64,000 nucleotides of DNA from Elusimicrobia bacterium GWC2_61_19 (GTDB lineage: Bacteria > Elusimicrobiota > Elusimicrobia > Elusimicrobiales > UBA9959). The position numbers and the translations under genes are program-made. Positions 8,780-15,763 of the stretch are shown here, one piece after another. Location: contig MGUD01000018.1 of NCBI GenBank assembly GCA_001799795.1, positions 2,647 through 66,646 of the forward strand, given 5' to 3'. The notes under the pieces are model-generated. The model had not been told where the DNA came from. It did no database searches and worked only from the letters and a program-made list of their open reading frames with translations. The stretch's first letter is position 1. Each line of letters opens with the position of its first letter.

Positions 8780-9904
8780 TTACTTCTCCAGCACTTCTAT
8801 ATTGGCGCGGGGGACCACTATCACCTCGCCGCCGTCGAGCGTAACTTCCAGCACGCGGGCGTGGGATTCGCTGCCTATCACGGTCAGTTCCGGCGGCAGG
8901 GACTTCACGGTGCCTATCACGCCGAAGTGGGGCTCGCGGATTATGCGGATAGGGTCGCCGGGTTCTATCCAGCCGCGGCCCTGGTCCTTCTTGCACTCGG
9001 TCACGTTCTTGGGGAAGCCGGGCACGATGATCTCCGGGCGCATGACGCCGGCGCGGATCTGCGTAGCGCCGGAAACGGAGGCGTTCTCCCCGTTGCGCGA
9101 CGAGATCAGTTTAAAAGTATACTCGGCCATCGGGATCGCGCCGAAGCCTTCGGTCACGATCACGGTAACGCCCAGCTGCTCGTTGCCGGTCACCGCCACG
9201 CCGATGTCGTAGCCCAGGAGTTCGCGCAGGTCGCGGTCGTGGATGCCGCCCACCACTATGGCGTTAACGCCCATCTCGACGGCGCGCTTGATGGTGGCGA
9301 GGCTCGCGTGCCTGCCGCCTATGACGATCTTGCCCTTGTGTATTTCCTTGATGGCCTCCGGCTGAAGGTCCTCGTCGGGGCTGGCCACGGCCACGGCTAT
9401 TTCGCCGTTGGTCTCGCCGCCCACGCCGAAGATGCCCTGGATGAAGGTGCCTTCGGCCTCTATGGCGACGCCGAAATTGGGGGTAACCTCCACCACTTTG
9501 CCTTTTACGTAGGCCTTAATGGGCAGCACTTTCGGGGGCTCGCGCAGCAGCACCTGGCCGGTTATAAAGGAGACGCTTTCCACGGTGCCGCTTACCGGCG
9601 ACTCCACGGAGGTCTTGAACCACTTCAGGAAGGGTTTGTTCTCGGCGAGGATCTCGCCCTGCTTCACGGCCTCGCCCTCTTTCTTGAGCATATAGCCCTG
9701 TATTTCTTCCGGGCCCACGGAAAGGCGGTTCGCGACGTTCACGGAGAAGACCTTGCCGGGCAGTTCGGTCTGGGCCACGATGTCCAGCGAATCTACCTGC
9801 TGCCCCAGGGCGGCCAGCACCTTGCCGGGGATGGGCAGCAGCCTCTTCTTCACCAGCCGTGTGCAGGGCATTACTTTAAGTCCGGGTGTATACGCGTGTG
9901 CCAT
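8780..9904 (-). CDS. Barrel-sandwich-hybrid (lipoyl/RnfC-N-like) domain protein, unknown function
   Basis: AAGGAGA SD. The pattern EGEAVKQGEILAEN...VESPVSGTVESV is present, but there is no MKM biotin motif. Gly-rich segment KGKIVIGGRHASLATIKRAVEMGVNAIVVGG. Confidence 0.6.
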   Translation of the reverse strand: MAHAYTPGLKVMPCTRLVKKRLLPIPGKVLAALGQQVDSLDIVAQTELPGKVFSVNVANRLSVGPEEIQGYMLKKEGEAVKQGEILAENKPFLKWFKTSVESPVSGTVESVSFITGQVLLREPPKVLPIKAYVKGKVVEVTPNFGVAIEAEGTFIQGIFGVGGETNGEIAVAVASPDEDLQPEAIKEIHKGKIVIGGRHASLATIKRAVEMGVNAIVVGGIHDRDLRELLGYDIGVAVTGNEQLGVTVIVTEGFGAIPMAEYTFKLISSRNGENASVSGATQIRAGVMRPEIIVPGFPKNVTECKKDQGRGWIEPGDPIRIIREPHFGVIGTVKSLPPELTVIGSESHARVLEVTLDGGEVIVVPRANIEVLEK

Positions 9905-9926
9905 AAATTATCTCCTTGTGGTCGTA

Positions 9927-11720
9927 CTAGAGAGGATACATCGACATCGCTTTGTACCACTTGTTCAGGTCGTCGCGGCGCTTGGACGGGTCCTTCGCCA
10001 GGTTGAAGGGGCGGCCGCGCCCGTCCAGCACCAGGCCCACCACGCCGCCCTCGATATCGGCTTCCACGCGGTTGCCGGAACCGGCGCCCATGTCGAAGCC
10101 CTTCACCGGCTTGGCCACGAGTTTGGCTTTGGGAGCGGCGAACGGCACATGGATGATGTCGCCGAAGCGCAGTTCTCCGGCCTGCCGGCTGCCGTCGGAG
10201 CCGGTAACTTCCCACTCCATTATAAGCTGGCCTTCCTTGGCCAGGCCCTTGGGGGCCAGGCAGGTGCCCATCCGCACAAGGCAGTCGTGGTAGAACACGT
10301 CCAGCGCGGCCTTCTCGCTGATCTGCGCCAGCACGCCCAGGTGCGGCATCATGAAGATGGAGTCCACGGCCATGCGGGTGACGCCTTCGGGCTGGTAGGC
10401 GTCTATCATCATCAGCATGGACTGGGTGCGGCGGGGGGAATGCGCCAGAATGCCGCCCGAACCTATCACGTAGTCGAGCCGCATCACGTTGATGAGGCTG
10501 GCCCCGGAAGAGGTCTGGTCGAAAGCGTCCGAGATGGAGCGCTCCTGCTGCACGCCCTTGAGCCCGACGGCCAGCGCCTTGTGCTGGTCGAAAGCCAGGC
10601 GCAGCGCCTCGCGCGAGACGGCATGCTCGATCTGCAGGTCCTCCACCGTCTGGGGGATGGTGGTGGGGCGGATCATTTTGTTCTTCAGGCGGTTTCTGAG
10701 GTCCTGCTCTTCGATGTCGAAAGGCAGCCAGCGCAGGATGTTCGCCAGGCCCGCCTCCGCCATGACATTGGAGATGGAGTAGCTCATACCCAGGTTGGCG
10801 CTGACGGTGCGGTTGAAGACTTCGGAGAACACGGAGAACACGTCGGTGGTGGCGCCGCCGATGTCCACGGCCAGGACGTTGAATTTATTGGCCTTGGCGA
10901 ATTTTTCCGTCATGGTGCCTACCGCGGCCGGCGTGGGCATGATGGGCGCGCCCACCATCTTCATCAGGCGCGGGTAGCCGGGGGCCTGCTGCATCACGTG
11001 CTCGAGGAAAATGTCGTGGATCTTGTGGCGGGCCGGCATCAGGTTCTCGCGCTCCAGGCTGGGGCGCAGGTTCTCGGTTATGATCAGGGCGGTGGTGTCG
11101 CCGAGGATCGCCTTGATCTGGTCGTGCGCCTTGTTGTTGCCGGCGTAGATCACCGGCAGCTTGTAGGAGGCGCCGAGGCGCGGCTTGGGGTCGGCCGCCT
11201 TCAGGAACTGGGCCAGTTCCACCACGTGCGTGATGGTGCCGCCGTCGGTGCCGCCGGAAAGCAGCATCATGTCCGGGCGCAGCTGGCGGATGCGCTCGAT
11301 CTTCTCGTGGTCCGCGCGGCCGTCGTTAGAGGCCAGCACGTCCATCACGATGGCGCCCGCGCCGAGCGCGCAGCGCTGGGCGGATTCGCCGGTCATGGCC
11401 TTCACCGCGCCGGCCACCATCATCTGCAGGCCGCCGCCGGCCGAGGAGGTGGAGACGTAAATATCGGCGCCCACATTGCCGTTGTTCGGGGTTATTATCC
11501 GTTCGCCGTCGAGGATCTTGCGGCCGGAGAGCTCCTCCACCTCGGTGATGGAGTTGAGCACGCCCTTGGTGACGTCTTCAAAAGGGGCTTCCACAGTGGT
11601 GGGGGCTTCGCCGCGGAAAGTCTGGCGGTAGGTGTCGCCTTTCTTTTCGATAAGGATGGCTTTCGTGGTGGTACTGCCGCAGTCGGTGGCTATTATGACT
11701 TCAAGGTCTTTGTTGGACAT
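9927..11720 (-). CDS. GlmL/MutL-family ASKHA-fold ATPase (glutamate-mutase-L-like), orphan
   Basis: AAGGAGAG SD. Phosphate-binding motifs IATDCGSTTTKAIL and VLAVDIGGATTDVF. Family assignment is from memory of GlmL/MutL-like proteins. Confidence 0.65.
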   Translation of the reverse strand: MSNKDLEVIIATDCGSTTTKAILIEKKGDTYRQTFRGEAPTTVEAPFEDVTKGVLNSITEVEELSGRKILDGERIITPNNGNVGADIYVSTSSAGGGLQMMVAGAVKAMTGESAQRCALGAGAIVMDVLASNDGRADHEKIERIRQLRPDMMLLSGGTDGGTITHVVELAQFLKAADPKPRLGASYKLPVIYAGNNKAHDQIKAILGDTTALIITENLRPSLERENLMPARHKIHDIFLEHVMQQAPGYPRLMKMVGAPIMPTPAAVGTMTEKFAKANKFNVLAVDIGGATTDVFSVFSEVFNRTVSANLGMSYSISNVMAEAGLANILRWLPFDIEEQDLRNRLKNKMIRPTTIPQTVEDLQIEHAVSREALRLAFDQHKALAVGLKGVQQERSISDAFDQTSSGASLINVMRLDYVIGSGGILAHSPRRTQSMLMMIDAYQPEGVTRMAVDSIFMMPHLGVLAQISEKAALDVFYHDCLVRMGTCLAPKGLAKEGQLIMEWEVTGSDGSRQAGELRFGDIIHVPFAAPKAKLVAKPVKGFDMGAGSGNRVEADIEGGVVGLVLDGRGRPFNLAKDPSKRRDDLNKWYKAMSMYPL

Positions 11721-11741
11721 GTGGCTCTCCTTGGAATACCG

Positions 11742-12056
11742 TCAGATCTTCTTTTCAGCGTCCGCTCCCAGCCGCTCCGTCAGATAGGCGACGGCCTTGG
11801 GATTCTCCAGCAGCTTGGCATACCTGCTGACTTCTTCTTTCTGAAAAACCATGCTGAGCATCGGGCCCAGGAAAACCACGCCCTGCGCGCCCAGGTTATG
11901 CAGGGGCCTGGTGCTCTCCAGCGCCAGGGCGGCCATGTCGCCCATCTTTCTGGCCCGGACCTTGTCGGCGAGGGCGTCCAGAAGTTTTTTTTCCTCTTCC
12001 GTCGCCTCCGGCGGTTCGGGGAGTTTAAAAGCGTTGTCCCAGATTCCCATGCGCAT
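11742..12056 (-). CDS. Small acidic/helical hypothetical protein, first gene of the ASKHA trio
   Basis: 104-aa ORF, 21 nt upstream of the ASKHA gene. The in-frame ATG at 12050 may be the true (leaderless) start. No family recognised. Confidence 0.5.
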   Translation of the reverse strand: MRMGIWDNAFKLPEPPEATEEEKKLLDALADKVRARKMGDMAALALESTRPLHNLGAQGVVFLGPMLSMVFQKEEVSRYAKLLENPKAVAYLTERLGADAEKKI

Positions 12057-12058
12057 TT

Positions 12059-12122
12059 ATTTTACAATATTTAATACGGCGCAACGCGGATTCGGGCCGA
12101 CCGCCGCATTATATTGTAAAAT
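12059..12122. promoter_or_regulatory. Divergent promoter region with 12-bp inverted repeat, each arm carrying TGTAAAAT
   Basis: attttacaatat (12059..12070) and atattgtaaaat (12111..12122) are reverse complements. Each arm supplies a TAAAAT -10 box facing outward. Confidence 0.45.
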
Positions 12123-12144
12123 TATACCGTAACAGGACAAAGAT

Positions 12145-12672
12145 ATGGACCCGAACAACAGGACAAAACTTCCAGGCGGCCTCAGCCCGGCCGCCCTGCT
12201 TATCTTGGGCGTCGTCCTGACCGCCGCCATCATCCTGGGCATTAAGTTCCTGATGGGGAACGACTCCGAAGGGGCGCCGCCGTCCGCGGCGAAGGACGCC
12301 ATTTTCAGGGACGAGACGGACCACACTAACGCGCCCGGCTACAATCCCGCCGTCCTCCCGGAAAACCCCGGCGGGGATTCGCTCTCCATGTTCAAGAAGA
12401 CCAACGCCGGGTACGCGGCAGACGAATCCTCCGCCACGGACAAAGAGGAACAGGCCGGCCCGAAAACCGCTAAAAAGACGGCCGCGGTGAAAAAACAGGC
12501 CGCCAAAACCCCGCAAAAAAGCCGGCAGCGCACGGTGATCCCGCGCATGCAGGGGGCGAAACCTTTCGGCTCGGCGACGCCGGCCAGGCAGGGCCTGCCG
12601 GGCGGCGCCGGGATGCCGGACATCTCCGACATAATGAAGCAGGCCCAGCAGAAGCCGCAGAGCGGCGACTAA
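12145..12672 (+). CDS. Membrane-anchored low-complexity (Pro/Ala/Lys-rich) protein
   Basis: AGGA lies 7 nt upstream of the ATG. Single TM helix (AALLILGVVLTAAIILGIKFL), then a disordered-looking tail. Confidence 0.55.
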   Translation: MDPNNRTKLPGGLSPAALLILGVVLTAAIILGIKFLMGNDSEGAPPSAAKDAIFRDETDHTNAPGYNPAVLPENPGGDSLSMFKKTNAGYAADESSATDKEEQAGPKTAKKTAAVKKQAAKTPQKSRQRTVIPRMQGAKPFGSATPARQGLPGGAGMPDISDIMKQAQQKPQSGD

Positions 12673-13142
12673 AAATAACGGGGGAAGGAAATTCTAATTT
12701 TCGAGCCGGGCCTGACCCGGTGCGCGCGGGCCGAACCCGCCGGCAGCTCCAGCACCAGGCTGGCGGGCGCCACGGCGCGCGCCACCTCGTCTTCCGGCTG
12801 GTCCGGCCTTGACCGGGGCACCCGGTGAAAGACCCGCAGCACTTTCAGGTCCGCGTCCAGAAAGACCATGTCCAGATCTATGAGGGTATTCTTCATCCAG
12901 AAAGATTTAACCCCGCCGCTGCCGAACACGAACAGCATGCCGCGGCCGGGTGGCAGCGAGGTGCGGAACATCAGGCCCTTGGCCTGGGCCTCGGGGGTGA
13001 GCGCCAGCTCCACGCGGACCGCGGCGCCGTCGGGCAGCGTCAGGACGGCCTCGCGCGCGCCGGACGGCACCCGCAGCGCCTGGACCCCGGCGCAAAGGCC
13101 CAGCAGCAAAGCGGCGGCGATAAATTTATTTCTTTTCGGCAT
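12669..13142 (-). CDS. DUF192 family exported protein
   Basis: Signal peptide, then GLMFRTSLPPGRGMLFVF...FWMKNTLIDLDMVFLD, which is typical of DUF192. Confidence 0.75.
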   Translation of the reverse strand: MPKRNKFIAAALLLGLCAGVQALRVPSGAREAVLTLPDGAAVRVELALTPEAQAKGLMFRTSLPPGRGMLFVFGSGGVKSFWMKNTLIDLDMVFLDADLKVLRVFHRVPRSRPDQPEDEVARAVAPASLVLELPAGSARAHRVRPGSKIRISFPRYF

Positions 13143-13653
13143 CTGTTCGGGGGGGCGCGGTCGAGGACGCGGCCTCGTACGCCGCTGCTCCTGAAGTGGA
13201 GGTCGAGAGCAGGAAAAGCGGCAGACGCAGGTCGGCCGCTTCCTTAAGCCGGCCGCCGGCCTCGAAAAGCGCCATGGCGTCCGCCTTGTGTTTTTTGGCT
13301 AGGGCGCGGAAACTTCCCGCCTTCGCCAGGTCCGCCGCCAGCGTCCGGAAGGGAACCCGGACGCTCTCCGACATCAGCAGCATGGCGGCAAGTTCCTGAC
13401 GGTAAATGCCCTGGCGCAGGTATTTAAGGATCTCCCGTTCCGGCGCCGTGGATTCGAAAACGGTATAGAGCGAAGCGCTGCTCACTTCCACGCTGAGGGC
13501 CCAGGCGAAAGCGTCCTCTCCGTCGGTGTCTATCTTCGCGTCGTCACCCCTGGTAAAGGCGTCCGGCCCGACCTCGGCGCCGAGAAAGACCTGAGCCGCG
13601 GCCGGAACGGCCGCGGACAGGGCGAGCAGGACGCAGACCAGAAGGGCACGCAT
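13126..13653 (-). CDS. Exported hypothetical protein
   Basis: Signal peptide MRALLVCVLLALSAAVPAAAQ. It overlaps the downstream DUF192 gene by 17 nt. Confidence 0.55.
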   Translation of the reverse strand: MRALLVCVLLALSAAVPAAAQVFLGAEVGPDAFTRGDDAKIDTDGEDAFAWALSVEVSSASLYTVFESTAPEREILKYLRQGIYRQELAAMLLMSESVRVPFRTLAADLAKAGSFRALAKKHKADAMALFEAGGRLKEAADLRLPLFLLSTSTSGAAAYEAASSTAPPRTDAEKK

Positions 13654-13664
13654 GCGGCGCCGGC

Positions 13665-13898
13665 TTACAGCGACGTCGTCACCAGGGTTTCGGTGGAAAG
13701 CACGCCGGGGATACCGCGTATTTCCTGCACCACTATGTTGGAAAGAGTGGGAAGGTCGTCCGTCTCCATATCCAGCACCAGGTCCCAGCGCCCGAAGACG
13801 GCGGACATGTGCACCACGCTCTTGAGCGCCTTAAGTTTGTTAAGGGTCTGTTTTTCCTTGCCGGGCATCAGTTTCACGAGCACTAATCCAGTAACCAT
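13665..13898 (-). CDS. Stand-alone Lrp/AsnC-type ligand-binding (RAM) domain protein
   Basis: 77 aa. The pattern VLVKL.PGKE...L..L..V......V.G.WDLVL... matches AsnC_trans_reg-type small proteins. There is no HTH. Confidence 0.65.
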   Translation of the reverse strand: MVTGLVLVKLMPGKEKQTLNKLKALKSVVHMSAVFGRWDLVLDMETDDLPTLSNIVVQEIRGIPGVLSTETLVTTSL

Positions 13899-14043
13899 TT
13901 TAATTTCCTTTTCGCGCGGCCCTGAACTCCGGCCCGCGCGCGTTCAACCTATTATACAATCGGCCAGTTATATATTCAAGCCTGCCGCCCCCTTCAACGC
14001 CGCCGCCGTCACTATCTTGTGCCGCGGAGACGGATAAATTAAT

Positions 14044-14049
14044 TATAAT
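14044..14049 (+). promoter_or_regulatory. Consensus -10 box (TATAAT) 6 nt upstream of the dtd ATG (leaderless geometry)
   Basis: TATAAT at 14044..14049, then agagct, then ATG at 14056. There is no SD. Confidence 0.45.
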
Positions 14050-14055
14050 AGAGCT

Positions 14056-14502
14056 ATGCGTGCGCTGATACAGCGGGTAAAACGCGGCGGCGTAAGAACG
14101 GCCGGCGCGCATAGCACCATAGGGCCGGGCCTGGTGGTGCTGCTGGGCGTGGGGGAAGGGGACTCGGAAACCGACGCGGACTTCCTGGCGGAAAAGATCG
14201 CCAACCTCCGGATATTCTCCAACGCGGCGGGGAAATTCGACCGGTCGCTGCTGGACACAGGCGGGGCGGCGCTGGTGATCTCCCAGTTCACGCTGTACGC
14301 CGACGCGGCCGGCGGCCGCCGCCCGGACTTCACGGGCGCGGCGAAACCCAGCGAGGCGCTGCGCCTTTACGACTATTTCACGAAGGCCCTGCGCGGAAAA
14401 GGCCCGCCCGTGCGGACCGGGGTCTTCGCGGCGGACATGGAAGTGGAAATAATAAACGACGGCCCGGTCACGATCTGGCTGGACAGCCGCGTAAAGAAGT
14501 AG
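14056..14502 (+). CDS. dtd: D-aminoacyl-tRNA deacylase
   Basis: MRALIQRV...[10 protein letters not shown]...SQFTLYAD...GRRPDF, the canonical Dtd pattern and size. Confidence 0.9.
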   Translation: MRALIQRVKRGGVRTAGAHSTIGPGLVVLLGVGEGDSETDADFLAEKIANLRIFSNAAGKFDRSLLDTGGAALVISQFTLYADAAGGRRPDFTGAAKPSEALRLYDYFTKALRGKGPPVRTGVFAADMEVEIINDGPVTIWLDSRVKK

Positions 14503-14526
14503 ACGGCGACGACAGGCAGGGACGGT

Positions 14527-15240
14527 ATGAAGACACTACAAATAAAATTATTGGCGGCGGCGCTGCTGGCGGCGGTTTTCACGGCGGGCTGTATTAATCC
14601 GGCCATGTTCAAAAAAGGCGCTTACGCCATAGACGACTGGGAAACCTGGACCGGCTGGAACGACGCCTACGGTTCCCACGAGGTACTGCCTGACGGTCTT
14701 TATTACCGCCTCACGGAACGTCAGGACGACACCCGCGACATGTCCTCAGACGGCTATTCGCCGGGGCTTATACTTTCCAAAGAACTGCTGGGCGCCAGCT
14801 GGACCCTGGACCTGGAAGCCGATTTCAGGATCCCGCCAGGCCAGGTAAAGCGTTTCTCCTACGGCATCTGGGAGGGCGGCGATTCCTCGCGGCCCTCTAT
14901 CGGCAACGCCTCCGCCGTCCTTAAAGTGCTGGCCCAGCGCCAGAACGGCCCGCGGCCGCAGGACGACGCGCTGCTGGTCTTCTACCTGCCCGGCGGCAAG
15001 CCCTTCAGCCTGCCTATAAACCTCAAGGTGCTGCGGTTCAAGCGCGCCGGCAATTTCTTCTCGGTGGACTACTCCATGAACCGCAAGAAATTCATTCCCG
15101 TGTTCAGGCTGGACGCACAGGCCGCGGCGGCGGTACCGTCCCAGAAATTTTTCATCGGCGGCTTTGCCGGCGGCGATCCGCAGGGCGCCTACGCCAGGCT
15201 TACCAGCCTTAAAATAAACGGCAGGGAAACCCTGAGATGA
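14527..15240 (+). CDS. Lipoprotein, beta-sandwich-like, unknown function
   Basis: Lipobox AVFTAGC. The soluble domain has no recognised motif. Confidence 0.6.
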   Translation: MKTLQIKLLAAALLAAVFTAGCINPAMFKKGAYAIDDWETWTGWNDAYGSHEVLPDGLYYRLTERQDDTRDMSSDGYSPGLILSKELLGASWTLDLEADFRIPPGQVKRFSYGIWEGGDSSRPSIGNASAVLKVLAQRQNGPRPQDDALLVFYLPGGKPFSLPINLKVLRFKRAGNFFSVDYSMNRKKFIPVFRLDAQAAAAVPSQKFFIGGFAGGDPQGAYARLTSLKINGRETLR

Positions 15241-15268
15241 AGGCGCCGCGCGCCGAGTTCCGTAAAGA

Positions 15269-15763
15269 ATGAAAGAAACCGCCGACGGACTTATAGCACT
15301 TTATTCGCTTGAAACGCACCCAGAGGGAGGCTTTTTCCGCGAAAGCTACAGAGCGGGGGGAAAAACCGGTACGGAGCGGGGGGAAAGGAATTTTTCCACC
15401 GCCATCTACTTCCTCCTTAAAGAAGGCCAGGTGTCGCGCCTGCACCGGATAAAGGCCGACGAAGTCTGGCATTTTTACGCGGGGGGGCCCCTGACCGTGG
15501 CCGGCATACTCCCGGACGGCCGCGTAGAGGAAACCGTCCTGGGCCGGGACACGGCGGCGGGGCAGAAGTTCCAGTACGCGGTACCCGCCGGCCGCTGGTT
15601 CGGGGCGTACCCGAACCCGGGAACCGGATTTTCGTTCGTCGGCTGCACGGTGGCCCCGGGCTTCGAGTTCGCCGACTTTGAAATGGGGGACCGCGGGAAA
15701 CTCCTGAAAGAGTTCCCGGCGGCCAAAAAGATAATCGAGAAATTGACCAAAGGAATAAAATGA
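15269..15763 (+). CDS. Cupin superfamily protein (DUF985-like)
   Basis: HPEGGFFRESYR...TAIYFLL...SRLHRIKADEVWHFYAGGPL pattern. Confidence 0.75.
   Translation: MKETADGLIALYSLETHPEGGFFRESYRAGGKTGTERGERNFSTAIYFLLKEGQVSRLHRIKADEVWHFYAGGPLTVAGILPDGRVEETVLGRDTAAGQKFQYAVPAGRWFGAYPNPGTGFSFVGCTVAPGFEFADFEMGDRGKLLKEFPAAKKIIEKLTKGIK

Noticed and set aside
8780-12056. Annotating the ASKHA trio as a glutamate mutase / methylaspartate pathway
   Set aside because: No GlmS/GlmE, methylaspartase or B12-binding domain genes are adjacent. Only the L-like component is recognisable.
9753-12074. 773-aa plus-strand ORF
   Set aside because: It lies entirely antisense to the well-supported ASKHA and small-protein genes. 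Its composition is Arg/Gly/His/Ala-rich, typical of shadow ORFs in GC-rich DNA. It has no SD and no recognisable motif.
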